This document shows, piece by piece, positions 12,801-23,945 of a DNA stretch of 36,443 nt. The notes below the pieces were generated by a model. The model was given only the letters and a program-made list of their open reading frames with translations. It searched no databases and was not told the DNA's origin. Within the stretch, counting starts at the first letter, position 1, and each line of letters starts with the position of its first letter. Location of the stretch: NCBI GenBank assembly GCA_000934665.2, contig JYFJ02003908.1:1-36443 (forward strand), in the 5' to 3' direction. The stretch comes from Catajapyx aquilonaris. Lineage: Eukaryota. Position numbers and translations under genes: made by a program.

Positions 12801-14161
12801 TGCACCAGTGATGACAATGAGGTAGTAATGAAAAAAAACTGTAAATTCATATGGGTACCTCTTCAAACTGTATAGCTTGCCTGATTACTCCGAGTCCAGA
12901 CTTTTAGGCAAATGCCTATTTAGTTCCTTGACAGTTGGGATGGTTTTGTGAAGAGATCTATCTATTTCGTAAGTGCAGGATGTGGAAAATGTAGGTCTTA
13001 TAGTGCCTAAAATGCCTATTTCGTGGCTTTGGGAACTATTTCGCCAATTCTGGCTTTTTACGACTTCTCATGCCTATTTGGTCTTTTTTTGGGATTGTTT
13101 TTGAACTTTTTGAAGTCATTTCGGGACATTTTTGGGCCTATTCCAGACCTAAAGCCATGTTCGGATTTTTTGATGAGTATTTTTTGTGTTCCTGAAAGGA
13201 TCAAAATTGTTCAGAAGTAATACAAATTGTGTTTCCATTATGCATATGGCAAATATTTTTCTAAATTTTCCTTAGATTGGAACATATTAGAGGAAAATTT
13301 AGAAAAATATTTAGCAACATATTGTGCAAGTGGAAACTGGATATAAGTGGATCGAGTCCAGAGCAAGTGGTACTTGCTTGCACGTTGTGTCCTTTTCGCA
13401 ACGTTTTGTGATTTCCTGTCAGTTTATCGTTGTTATTTGGTTATTGCAAGGGCTTGTGACCTTATATTTATACTTTAGGCCTACAAAATTATTATACCTT
13501 TTTTTATTTTCTGTAACATGATCCTCCATACATCCCAAAATGTAAAATGTTTGTGCCTATTTGAGATTTTTCCATGCCTAAAAATCCGGACTCCAGTGAT
13601 TACATACCCTGACATGTAGCACCGAGTGACCATAATACATATTGCCATATCTTGCTTATGGTAGGCCAGCTTAATGTGAAGATGCTTGCGTATGAGCTAG
13701 ACTGCTAGAGCCGACTAGAGCATCTTTTTTGGCCCTGATATCTACTGTGCTAAATTTTCAATTTAATTATGGGCTTGAAGAAAAGCCCAAAATGAATCCT
13801 CCACAAATATTGTGTTGAAGCCTGAGATATCAGCATAGCTCACAAGCATAATTATCCATAAAAACATTTGACCAAAATCCAACACTTGCACTGCAGAATA
13901 AATTATTAAATATTTAAATGCCATGCAAAAGATTTTCTTGGGACAAGTTTACAAATAAATAAGTACACTTTTCATGATTGTGTGACTGTCAACTAGAATA
14001 ATATTCTAGCAAACCTCATTCACAATGGCAAAATTTTAAAAAATGTAATGCTTGTAGAAAGTGGGCAACTTACGAGTGAGATTGGCTATCGGCATCGTAG
14101 AATCCTTCACAGATATCAGTAAGGACCTCAGAGAAGTGAGGACGGACTTGACTTCATCCAT
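667..14161 (-). CDS. TDRD7: Tudor domain-containing protein 7-like (Tapas/TDRD7 family; LOTUS-RGG-dsRBD-like-LOTUS-eTudor-eTudor), whole spliced gene span
   Basis: Phase-compatible GT-AG exons 14161-14074, 12680-12139, 11225-10666, 10196-9534, 6927-6618, 6206-5940, 2477-2223, 1944-1795, 1382-1159 and tentatively 808-667 join to about 1066 aa. Recognisable motifs: LOTUS (LRSLLIS..REFRAMEGRHVPFSRFGYTSVQDML) and Tudor (CYRV..YLVDHG..FLQLPYQAVKFHLYGL). The 3' end is uncertain. Confidence 0.85.
1159..1382 (-). CDS. TDRD7: TDRD7-like exon 9
   Basis: AIECQLSG continues the IPAQ|AIEC motif typical of extended Tudor domains; acceptor ctccag, donor gtaagt. Confidence 0.8.
1795..1944 (-). CDS. TDRD7: TDRD7-like exon 8 (Tudor 2 core end)
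   Basis: ITMFAMDLGEW...KLASIPAQ; acceptor ttcacag, donor gtaaga, 150 nt, phase 0/0. Confidence 0.85.
2223..2477 (-). CDS. TDRD7: TDRD7-like exon 7 (eTudor 2)
   Basis: TKDATECILLNAKSDGRIYVR...GGVYLAFY; acceptor ttttgcag, donor gtaagt. Confidence 0.85.
3658..3942. mobile_element. piggyBac-type MITE
   Basis: TTAA on both sides, degenerate CCCTGGAACC termini; second copy at 36021-36308. Confidence 0.75.
4706..5211. mobile_element. MITE with PIF/Harbinger-like termini
   Basis: ggccattcactcacgccactaaaatc / gattttagtggcgtgtgtgaatggcc. Confidence 0.7.
5268..5394. mobile_element. Short palindromic MITE
   Basis: acgcaaccgagtggccaattttatt and its reverse complement; TATA at both ends. Confidence 0.7.
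5940..6206 (-). CDS. TDRD7: TDRD7-like exon 6 (eTudor 1 SN-like flank)
   Basis: AVKFHLYGL...VSLIDTSGAEDVHVN; acceptor ctttcag, donor gtaaga, phase 0/0. Confidence 0.88.
6618..6927 (-). CDS. TDRD7: TDRD7-like exon 5 (Tudor 1 core)
   Basis: CYRVVLVR...CYLVDHGSEEE..FLQLPYQ; acceptor cttgcag, donor gtaata. Confidence 0.9.
7861..8033. mobile_element. CAGTGTTGG-terminated hairpin MITE, copy 1
   Basis: TA flanks; core gcggcagaagaaggaatc shared with the 11464 and 29632 copies. Confidence 0.7.
8303..8538. mobile_element. hAT-type MITE
   Basis: cagtgtttcccaa / ttgggaagcactg; 8-bp TSD ctcta(t/c)gg. Confidence 0.8.
8662..8910. repeat. Degenerate inverted repeat (MITE relic)
   Basis: cggaatatctaccttg..tcagacgaatttgctgaaatcgt pairs with acgatttcagcacatttgtctga..caaggtaggtattccg. 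Confidence 0.6.
9029..9332. mobile_element. Tc1/mariner-type MITE
   Basis: TA flanks; ctctccaattcacataagagtgaacctt / aaggttcacacttatgtgaatcggagtg. Confidence 0.7.
9534..10196 (-). CDS. TDRD7: TDRD7-like exon 4 (dsRBD-like end, LOTUS 2, start of eTudor 1)
   Basis: YLTVVTVGGEKYTSY..EAEVVACQRAM; LKSLLSKHSRGVFKDNLERDYADMFKEELPENW; acceptor cattcag, donor gtgagt. Confidence 0.9.
9680..9780 (-). repeat. Coding 24-bp tandem repeat (GEPDHGIS) x ~4
   Basis: ccatggtctggctcaccacttatg repeated. Confidence 0.95.
10666..11225 (-). CDS. TDRD7: TDRD7-like exon 3 (P/Q/S-rich linker, start of dsRBD-like fold)
   Basis: Acceptor tatttcag, donor gtatgt, phase 0 to 2, open frame. Confidence 0.85.
11464..11624. 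mobile_element. CAGTGTTGG-terminated hairpin MITE, copy 2
   Basis: Inverted-repeat structure and homology to the other copies. Confidence 0.7.
12139..12680 (-). CDS. TDRD7: TDRD7-like exon 2 (LOTUS 1 and RGG-rich region)
   Basis: Acceptor cttacag, donor gtgagc; EFRAMEGRHVPFSRFGY...HIVDLVARSK then RGGSGFSRGRGGRGG. Confidence 0.9.
12888..13596. mobile_element. Non-autonomous DNA element
   Basis: gagtccagacttttaggca / tgcctaaaaatccggactc termini flanked by the direct repeat tgattac. Confidence 0.6.
14074..14161 (-). CDS. TDRD7: TDRD7-like coding exon 1 (start of LOTUS 1)
   Basis: MDEVKSVLTSLRSLLISVKDSTMPIANLT; in-frame TAA just upstream of the ATG; acceptor cttcctatag at ~14190 implies an upstream non-coding exon; donor gtaagt, phase 1. 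Confidence 0.85.
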
Positions 14162-15001
14162 CCTCAGCTCCTTTTCTTAGTACTCCTCTCTATAGGAAGA
14201 AAATTTCACAGTGAGAGAAAGAGAGAGTAAGAAGGCATTGCAGATGGAAAGGAAGCAGGAAGAGGCTCATCAACTATTTGGGGAGTGGCAGGAGAGAGGG
14301 ACGAGAACAGTTACATGCAGTGGGAACTGTCATATGCCACGGCTTTCAACTTGTTTAGCAGCTACTTACTAGCGGGCAAAAAAAACCGTGGCCTGTGGCT
14401 CAGTGATTATCAGGAACTTCGTGTGTCTGTCATTAACAGCCCAAGAATACATACTACCTATTAAACACATAATTATGTTACTTTGGCAATATGCATTAGT
14501 GTTGAGCAGTTTATCGGATAACATGGAACCAAGGCTTTTGGAGTGCAAAAGATGTGGGAATATTGGGCTCGCAGGTGAAGATTCTCCGATGTTTTCCCAC
14601 CACATGTGCCAAGACAAAAGCATGGTTGTGTCCAACAATGATATCCGATAATCACCCAACACAAATGCACCTCGTAACAAACCTACTCCTGCATGTGTTC
14701 CTGCGGTGTTGCTGTGACAAACACCAAGTTACTACACTCACGGTCAGCTGTTTTGAAGATATCGAATTTTTTCCTAATAACAATCCACTGTTACAATCAC
14801 ATTTTAAAATTATTTCTGGATAGCCAGGTATCCTGTTAATCACTGAGTCACAGGATAAATTTTTTGGCCATCCGCACATGGCAAACAAATGGGGCTGGAT
14901 CAGACGACTGGCCGCAAGCTAGTGGGCAGGGAGGCATAGCATAGCATAGTCAGGTATCGTCCTCGAGGCATAGCGGGCTCAAGGAGGAGTGGGGTCCACT
15001 C

Positions 15002-15562
15002 GCAGGGTTACCTCTGAAAATTCATTGCGGCCAATCTAGGGGTCGTCCTGGTTTGACAGTGCCCCTGTTGTCGAGAGGAGATTCCGACGATGCCGTCGAG
15101 GTCCATATCGGCCATAAATAACCACTGTTTATTTTACTGGAGAATTTAATAGCGAATATGAGGGTAAAAAGTGGGACATATAGCGTCAGGGAGGGTGAGA
15201 ATCTGGCGGGCTGTAACCAAACGGGTCCAGAGTGCAGGGTTGTCTCTGAAAATTCATTCCGGCCAAACTGGGGGTCGCACGGGTGTGACAGTGCCCAAGT
15301 CGTCGAGGGGAGATTCCGACGTTCCCGTCGAAGGCCATATCGGTTATAAATAACAATGGGTTAATTTACGGGGGAATTTTATTATTTTCTTCTTCCCCTC
15401 ATATTCGATATTAAATTCTCAAGTAAAATAACCGCACAGTATTTGCGGCTTATATGGACATTGACGGAATCCTCTGAATCTCCTCTCGACGATGGGGGCA
15501 CTGTCACACCAGGGCGACTCCCAGTTTGGCCGGAATAAATTTTCAGAGGCAACCCTGCACTC
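15002..15562. repeat. Three ~150-165-bp related units: two direct, one inverted
   Basis: Units ~15002-15163 and ~15233-15380 (+) and ~15397-15562 (-) share gcagggtt..tctgaaaatt..tgacagtgccc..tcgag.ggagattc. Confidence 0.8.
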
Positions 15563-15995
15563 TCCACCCGTGCATGCGGCCCGTAGAGAGAGAAAAACAA
15601 TAACCTTTTGCCACTAACGCCGCCTGGCGGCCGAACTTTCGGTGAGCCAGCCCCATTAAAGAACATGTTATTTCCACAAAAGTACTTGAAAAGTGGGGTC
15701 TTGTAAAAACTTTCATCTGCTATATCATTTCAATCGCACATTCATGTTGCAGTATTCACTATTAAAAACTATTCACTATTAAATTACCTAGTTCACTATC
15801 TGACCGCATTTTATTGCAGAAGATAACAGTTTTAAAATATGGGGTAACACGGGGTGCTTTAGAACAGTGCGTAACATTATAAAATTGAAACTGACATCAC
15901 GAGTACTGGCTCAGTGGCATGTCATGACTGCATCAGAACGCAGGTCCAATGCAAGCAGACATCTTCACTCAACCACTCGATTATCAATGAGGTAA

Positions 15996-16322
15996 GGGAG
16001 ATGAAGTGGCGCCGCGGTAACGCACGTGCCCACGGATATGAAGGTCCCGGGTTCAATCCCCACCCGGGGTTCCCACCTTTATCCGTGCAGAGTTGGGCCA
16101 TCTCGGCTTCATTTCGGGTGGCAATTTCCGACAGACTAAGCCACCCGGGGGAGTTCACAAAATGGCTGTTTGAGACATTGCACATGCACTTTGCACATCC
16201 CCTCCTACCTACCCTTGGAACACACTAAATACTATCTTAGTATACCAGTTCCACCCAGATGGTGGTATTCCACCCCCCTAAAGGATACGTAACTCCCAAT
16301 GGGGTAATGCAAAAAAAAAAAA
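15996..16322 (+). mobile_element. Second tRNA-derived SINE family, poly(A) tail
   Basis: A/B-box-like gtggcgccgcgg / ggttcaatcc; 16-bp TSD attatcaa(t/c)gaggtaa. Confidence 0.8.
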
Positions 16323-16538
16323 ATTATCAACGAGGTAAATGACACATGAAACTAAATTATGAGCAGAAAGATTAGTATGTATGCAAAAATCTCTTTCGCT
16401 TGCCTCTCTCCAACCCGGCCTTTGCCAGAACTACAATTCAGAGTACTACCCAAAATCATGTGCCAGAATTGCATTCAGAACTATTGATACTTTGACAATG
16501 CTGAACCAAGTGATCCCTGATATCAGCACGATTGCACT

Positions 16539-16885
16539 TTTTTTTTAAAAATAATAATAATAATTATTATTATTATTTTAGATACCCCGTGCTAGGGCCA
16601 AAAAGCCCTCTTAGGGGCGTGGGAATACCACCATATTTTGGAACCATGTGTATAATTTTACTATTATTTAGTTGGTCCACAATTAGGGTGGGTAGGAGGG
16701 GATGTGCAAAGTGCAAGTGCAATGTCATAGCTTGGTCATTTTGTGAACTCCCCCGGGTGGATTTGTCTAGCCAAAATTTCCACCAGAGACAAAGCCAGAG
16801 ATGGCCCAACTCTGCACGAGAGGAAGGGGGGAACCCCGGACCTTAACATCCGTGGGCGCGTGCGTTACCGCGGCACCACTCCCAC
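16539..16885 (-). mobile_element. Second SINE family, inverted copy
   Basis: Homologous to 15996-16220; tail of TAA/TTA repeats and A-run; TSD cga(t/a)tgcact. Confidence 0.8.
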
Positions 16886-17836
16886 CGAATGCACTACTTC
16901 CTTGCCTATGATATGACTTGGACTGCACTATTCCCTCAGATCTGGACTGAACGAGGGCCTTAATAAAGCAGTCATGATGCATCCTAAACTCACAGCATTT
17001 TCAGGGTAGTTTGGGAAAACACTGCTCTTAATCTTGCATCAAACTGTGCCAACACTTTATTAGACGTCCAAGAGGTTGGCTAGTTGTAGGGTAGCGTAAA
17101 TGGTGGATGACCAAGACAAATAATTTTTTCGTGAAGGGACAAAAAGCTGGACCACTGCTGGGAGAAGCACAATCACACTCAAGGAGGACTACGTAAAGAA
17201 GTACGAAAGTGCCATTCATCTGAGACAACTCCTTCATAGGTAGGCTCACTATTTATTAAACACCCCTCGTATGTGAGCGCCGAGGCTGAAATTAACATTC
17301 GATTTTCGCCCAAAACAATACTGGTTACTCGGGTTACTTAGCCTTGGCGAAGATTTCGCTCACATGTAAACGCACCTTAAATCATCTTTGGCTGGCATGC
17401 TCAAGAATAAATACCTTGTAAAATTCTCCGCTTGGCTGCAAGTAGAAATATTGCCAAGAAATGTGCTCGATGACAATTTATGCTGCTGGTGTCTGATTCA
17501 AGCCCGTAAAAATACAGCAAATTTCACGGTTCACAGTTTACCTTAATATTCCATGACTGGCATGATTCACCCAAGTTTCACCAGATTGTCTGAACCCTCA
17601 CTAATAAGCCAAGTGTCACCTGCGCCCTGCAGCCGGATAATTCTGATTACCATAATACCATTGTGATATGACCTGCTGCGGGGCAGTGACTCCATATGAA
17701 GTCCCCCTCCCAACCAAATGCCCAGAGGCCTGGCGTACAGTCCCACTCATAAAGAATGGTACGACTCTATGGACAATGGACTACATGTTTATTCTGATTA
17801 TCCAGCATTATTCCCAACCAGATTTCGTCGTGACAC

Positions 17837-17838
<2 letters not shown>

Positions 17839-17892
<54 letters not shown>

Positions 17893-18147
17893 GCTACCCC
17901 GTGATAGGCCCCTTGGGCCTCTTAGGGGATCATCTTTTGAATACCCGACTTTAATCATTTGCCTGTAATGTGATGGATTTTGATAGTGGGAGGAAACAGG
18001 AGAACCCCGAGAAAACCCACGCGAACACGGAGAGAACCCATCGAAACTCTATCCACATAAGTATCCTCCGTCCGACCCGGGGATCGAACTCGGGACCTCA
18101 GAGGTGGAAGGCTGCGGCGCTAACCACTCGGCCACCGTGTCGCCCAA
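17839..18147 (-). mobile_element. tRNA-derived SINE with V-like central domain and (TTA)n tail
   Basis: A/B boxes (tggccgagtgg; gttcgatcc); 15-bp TSD ttcgtcgtgacacta at 17824-17838 and 18148-18162. Confidence 0.9.
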
Positions 18148-19589
18148 TTCGTCGTGACACTATGGACTTGTCCTAGATCTCTGGCGACCCATATGACCCC
18201 CGTACCCGACTTTTTCCAAAATTTTTAATTCCCAAAATGTTCAACCTGGCACAATGCTTACATAGATTTGAGATGAATTTCCCCCCCCCTTAAATTTCCT
18301 GACTTTGCCTTTTTTTTCTCTCTCTCGATCTCTCTCTTTTCTTCTTGATTTAAATTGCCTTTTCCCAGCCTTCCTCATGACCCCTAAAAACATGCTGGTG
18401 ACCCAGGGGTTGGGAACAGAATAAACATTTTGTCCACAGAGCCGTACCCATTCTTTATGAGCGATAACTATACGTTTCTCCCCGGTTGTCTCTAAAGACA
18501 GCAGGTCACTCACTCCGAGCTTGTTGTGACGGTTGATCCCCCCCNNNNNNNNCCCCCCCCCCCCCCCCGATCGGAAGTGCAGTCAGTAGAGGCGAGGTCA
18601 GCCACTTTCTTCCGCATTCCCTCCCTCCCCTTGCGCCCTCCTTTTTTCTTTTCTTTTTAAATTCGGGAGGCGACACTGTCCGCCACAACTGGCCCCCACC
18701 ACGGTTGTTCGACCGACCGTTTCATTCCCCCCTTCCCCCACCGAGGCACCGACATTCGAATTCTTCTTCCCCAACTCTCACCTCTTCAAATAATCCCCGA
18801 CCTGTCCGGTGTAGGGGCCTGACGGACGTCCGACTGGTGGCCCAGATAAGCTTCCGAAAGTATTCCGAATGCCGCCGGGGGAGCCGCGGGACTAGATTAA
18901 TCCGACCAGCAAGGCACACACCACACGTCCATCTAGAAGGGGGCAGGATGGGGGAAGAGGGAAGGCGGAAGGGGCAGTGGTGGGGCGGGGGAGGGGGCAG
19001 AGTTTGCGGATCAAGGCCGACAGATGGCTCCAATGCTGGAGTCCGCATGGCGCCTTACAGATACGGTATCACCCACCGTATTCGACCCATCCATCCATCC
19101 CACTGTTCGAATGTTCCAGAAACGTCGGCCATTTCTTCTCCACTTGCCAATGCGCCGTTTACAATATTCGAAACTCATCGGTTGGTCCACATTGAAGGAT
19201 GCTATGAGGCTGTGCACACACAACAGAATTTTGCATGTGACAGCAACATGGGGGCCACATTATTCCGGATGATGATGATCCCTCTGTTGGCCCTTCAACA
19301 ATCATATTAACAATCGAGTCCCAATTTTTCAGGATGAGGATAATGGCACAAAATTACGTGCCACTGCTTCTCTCTCATGCACAGTACAGTTGACTCCGGA
19401 TATGACAGAGCCTCGGGTCTTACAATACTCGTTGTAAGAGACTCCCTTGAAGTCCGTCATATATGCAGTCTAGTACACCGGTGTTGATTATGTCCCTCAG
19501 AGATGAGAAGTAAAAGTATAATAACTCCTGAGAATTGCGACCCTGTCGCACACGTTTGGCGGCTGCCATGAAATACTATCATTGTACAA

Positions 19590-19842
19590 GGGCGACACAG
19601 TGGCCGAGCGGTTAGCGCCGCAGCCTTCCACCTCTAAGGTCCCGAGTTTGATCCCCGGGTCGGACGGAGGATACTTATGTGGATAGAGTTTCGATGAGTT
19701 CTCTCCGTGTTCACGTGGGTTTTCTCGGGGTTCTCCCGTTTCCTCCCACTATCAAAATCCATCACATTTCAGGCAAATGATTAAAGTCGGGTTTTCAAAA
19801 GATGATCCCCTAAGAGGCCCAAGGGGCCTATCACAGGGTATC

Positions 19843-19875
<33 letters not shown>

Positions 19876-19890
19876 GATTATTATTATTAC
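19590..19890 (+). mobile_element. tRNA-derived SINE, same family
   Basis: Near-identical to the 17839 and 23946 copies; (TTA)n tail; degenerate TSD tactatcat. Confidence 0.9.
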
Positions 19891-20302
19891 TATCATCGCG
19901 CATGTAAAATGCCTTTAATTTCTTGGCTGTTTCCAAGAGCATGGGATGTCCTACCGCGTGGAAAATGAAATGGCGATCTGACGTCATCGTCACACAACAA
20001 TATTGAGTAAACAGTGTCAACAAAAAGAACATTGTTTACTCCTATTGTTGCATGAGAACAAAATGATGACGTCAGATTGTCGTTTCGTTTTCCGCACTGT
20101 ACACAGTTCAGGTCACAAATCTGGTTGTCACAAGAATGAACTCATCAATGTTCCAAATGTACACTGCCACAGCATAAAGACCCCCACTCTGTGTCACACT
20201 TGCGAGTGTGTCTCCAGGCTGCTGTGGTATGACACAAAACATGTACCGATAGCCCACATGAGGACTCGGCTCTGTTACACGGTATTAAATAAATAAAACA
20301 TG

Positions 20303-20977
20303 CAGGGGCGCGTAACAAGACTCTTGGGGGCCCTGGGGCAAAAAGGTACGCGGGGCCCCCTCCATAGTAATACGTAATGATTACGTATAACCAGCGGCGT
20401 AGCCAGGAAATTTGTAAGGGGTGTACGTGAGGGTGGAGCGAAGAGGCCCGCCGCAGGCGAAATTTTTTTTGCTGTTCAAGTTCACACAAGCTTAGGTGAA
20501 TGTAACTGACCAGTTATTTATTTTTAACTGGTTTGCATGCTGCCTGGTTCCTTTCGTCAACATGCTCAAAATTTAGACATCCAAAATCATCCAAAACACT
20601 ATATCCATCCCGTTTATTGACATCTGCCAGTTATTTTCTTTAAGTGAAAATGCTGAAAAGGTCGGTAAAATGCAAGATAATTACAACTGGCAAATGACAG
20701 TGCCCACCAAACATTTTTCAGTGTTTTTGTGCCATACTGATTACTGACACTGCGACTACGCGAGAGTCTGACAGTGAGATAGTAAGACCCCGAATTGATT
20801 GGATCGAACCCGCTTTCATACGTCTTATAGAATATAGGTTATAATAGACATTAGGCCTATTATGGATTTGTGGGTTTCCTCAGAATTTTCTAAAACTCGT
20901 CGGAAAATTTGGGGGCCCCTTTTCTTGGGGGCCTTGGGGCAGTAACCCCACCTGCCCCTATGGTAGTTACGCCCCTG
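20303..20977. mobile_element. hAT-type non-autonomous element
   Basis: caggggcg(cg)taac / gttacgcccctg termini; perfect 8-bp TSD aaaacatg. Confidence 0.8.
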
Positions 20978-21163
20978 AAAACATGCAATCAAGCTGCGAT
21001 TTTGCATACAAGTGGATAGGTCAAGTCTAACAAAGGGTACAAGATTTGGGGTCTCCATTTCAAATAGCATATGCACACTGCTAATTATTTGCACTAGTTC
21101 CTAACAAAGCAATGTATATGTTAGGCTCAAACCCCGAAAACAGCCATTGCGCGAAAAAACCGT

Positions 21164-21490
21164 CCATTCTGCAGAATGATCTGTGCCAAACTATCCATTC
21201 TGCAGAATGATCTGTGCCAAACCATCCATTCTGCAGAATGATCTGTGCCAAACTATCCATTCTGCAGAATGATCTGTGCCAAACCATCCATTCTGCAGAA
21301 TGATCTGTGCCAAACCATCCATTCTGCAGAATGGATGGCGCATTCTGCAGAATGCTCCATGTCAAACCGTCCATTCTGCAGAATGCTCATTGTCCAACCA
21401 TCCATTCTGCAGAATGGACGGTTTGACATGGAGCATTGTGCAGAATGGATGTTTTAAACAGTATTAAACCGTCCATTCTGCAGAATGGAC
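21164..21490. repeat. 31-bp minisatellite built on the palindrome CATTCTGCAGAATG
   Basis: Five near-exact units ccattctgcagaatgatctgtgccaaac(t/c)at plus variant units; mirrored with fewer units at ~22967-23175. Confidence 0.9.
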
Positions 21491-21873
21491 GGTTTAATGA
21501 AACGGCCAGAGCCCGAAATGCTCTTTTTAAGGCCAGAACGCTTTCCTGGGCGAAACTTACACGTCAGGACTCCAATTTCGTGTCGGGATGGCTGGTTTAG
21601 AAGACGCCCATAACTCGTTGTGGCAGTTTCCTATTTCCCACTGTGCCATGTAGAAGCTGGAAATAAATCACCCTATTGTTGTTTGGCAAATGGTTGAAAT
21701 ACTTAGCATTTGATGCTGCTGTTTATTTTCCAGGAACTATTACCTCCAAATATTTATTACCATTATTACTAGTACATCATTTCCAAGAACTGTGTTAGGC
21801 CTACCTCCAAATATTTATAACCATTATTACTAGTACATCTTCTTCCAGGAACTCCTACCCTTCAATTATTAGT

Positions 21874-22140
21874 CTATTTGTTTTTGCAGGCACTGTTCGG
21901 ATGACACTTAGAATTGCACTTAATATTGCTTGATCGACATTTACATTTCTCATCAGTGCAGTACTTTTTGCAACTGCAACTTATGAATCCCTGCTTACTA
22001 CCTGAACTTAGAGCTGAAGCCGATCGAAGAGATACAGAACTGGTGGAAGGAACTTCGTTCAGATCTATAAAATTGGAATCAGCAGGTGTGAACTCATTGC
22101 GAGCATACAGCCTCTCTAAAATGCCTTCTTTCGTGCCCAA
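21874..22140 (-). pseudogene. C-terminal fragment of a KRBA2/Ginger2-type integrase
   Basis: GTKEGILERLYARNEF...QGFISCSCKKYCTDEKCKCRSSNIKCNSKCHPNSACKNK*; no N-terminal DDE core. Confidence 0.75.
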
Positions 22141-23945
22141 TTGGTAGAGTTAGAGGTGGCAGCACCCACCTTCATTGACTGTCTCTCCACAGCATGTGAT
22201 AACATGCTTCGCCTAAACGCAACAAATGCCCCTTAAAGGGCCGCGTGAAAAGTGCTATCTGTTTCAAAACAGCAACTTGTCCATCACTGCAGGAAGTTTA
22301 TCCTCCCTCGTCCCTCCTGAAAATTAAAAGGTAGTGGAAAGTTCGAGAGAGCAGGGATTCGTAAGTCGCAGTTGCAAAAAGTACTACATTGATCAGAAAT
22401 GTAAATGTCGTTCAAAGTAATACTAAATGTAATTCTGTGTGACTAAGTGTTAGAACGCTAGAGGCGGATTCCAAGGTCCCCTAAGTCCATATTCAAAAAA
22501 ATGAGCTGAGGACATACAGTATATTGGTAGCTTATGGTACTCCCCACCTCCTCCTGAGGTCAGAATACACCAAATGTCTCTAGGTCCAAGCACGAAAATC
22601 GGAGGATTTTTCCAAAGCCATATAAGCCCATATATACTTTATGACAAAAAAAAACTCAAATCTCAACAGGACACAAATGGACCTAGGGGACATTGGAATT
22701 CCGCCTCTTCTGATGAAGGTAAGAGTTCCGGGAAAATAAACAGCAGCATCAAATGTTAAGTATTTCAACCATTTGCCAAACAACAATAGGGTGATTTATT
22801 TCCAGCTTCTACATGGCACAGTGGGAAACAGGAAACTGCCACAACGAGTTATGGGCGTCTTCTAAACCAGCCATCCCGACACGAAATTGGAGTCCTGACG
22901 TGTAAGTTTCGCCCAGGAAAGCGTTCTGGCCTTAAAAAGAGCATTTCGGGCTCTGGCCGTTTCATACCGTCCATTCTGCAGAATGGACGGTTTAAAACTG
23001 TTTAAAACATCCATTCTGCACAATGCTCCATGTCAAACCGTCCATTCTGCAGAATGGATGGTTGTACAATGAGCATTCTGCAGAATGGACGGTTTGACAA
23101 GGAGCATTCTGCAGAATGCGCCATCCATTCTGCAGAATGGATGGTTTGGCACAGATCATTCTGCAGAATGGACGGTTTTTTCGTGCAATGGCCGTTTTCG
23201 GGGTTTGAGCCTAACATATACACTACTGGAAAAAATTGAATTCCCTAAATTTTTATTTTTTGGCAGTGTTGGTGTTACCTGGTAATCATAAACATTTAGG
23301 GAATGCAATTTTTGTCCTATAGTGTACCCTACTTCAAATGGCGCCTGCTGGACAGCCATAGAAGGTGACAGTCACTCGACTAGGGAAGTTCTTTTACAGA
23401 TCATGTCATTTTTTGCTCTGTGTATGCTGTAATATGACATAAATGACTACTTATCCCTCTTCTTTACGTGTCCACTTGAGCGGCCTGGTAATGTGGTAAA
23501 CAAAACTATGGAGAACATATTGCTACACTTACACCAACGGTCTCTTCCCCATCCCACCGCCAGGCTGACACTTGCGTGAAAATCTATCGTTCTGGCGTAT
23601 ACGACTGAACAGGAAATGCATGTTCACCCCTATGCTGGCCGACCTTTTGGCAGATTATCAAAAAACGTCATAAAGCAATTCAGATTATTTTGTCGCTTAC
23701 GACCCCTTGGCGGAACAGTAGCGATATGTGCTTAGATTCCACAATATTCAAGATTTGAAAATCACATCTCCGCTTTTCTGTGGAACCGTTCTAAAATCAA
23801 ATTAAAGTTCCCTTGTCATATGCAGCCTATGTTGTGATAAAATGGCCTGGGCATGACACACAATAGTGTAGTGCAGTGCCTTCTACTTTCCCTAGAGCAG
23901 TGCTTTGCAAATTTGGGGCTACAGACATAATACAAGGGCAAATCA

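Larger units (their letters stand above)
21119..23216. mobile_element. Non-autonomous Ginger2-like (KRBA2/SCAND3-integrase related) fold-back DNA transposon
   Basis: TGT...ACA termini, TATA 4-bp TSD, long inverted arms (21119-21738 / 22724-23216), internal integrase C-terminal Cys-rich fragment. Confidence 0.8.

Noticed and set aside
18537..18568. Poly-C run with Ns (also poly-G with Ns at ~34517-34548)
   Set aside because: Homopolymers at assembly gaps; true length is unknown, so no functional claim is made
18705..19310. 201-aa plus-strand ORF
   Set aside because: Non-ATG start, low-complexity GC-rich sequence, no recognisable domain
19590..19662. tRNA-like sequences at SINE heads (also 18075-18145 and 23947-24020)
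   Set aside because: They continue into the SINE body and tail with TSDs, so they are not tRNA genes
21164..21490. Regularly spaced palindromic repeats resembling a CRISPR array
   Set aside because: The intervening sequences are themselves repeated, there are no cas genes, the context is eukaryotic, and the array is mirrored in the other arm of a transposon
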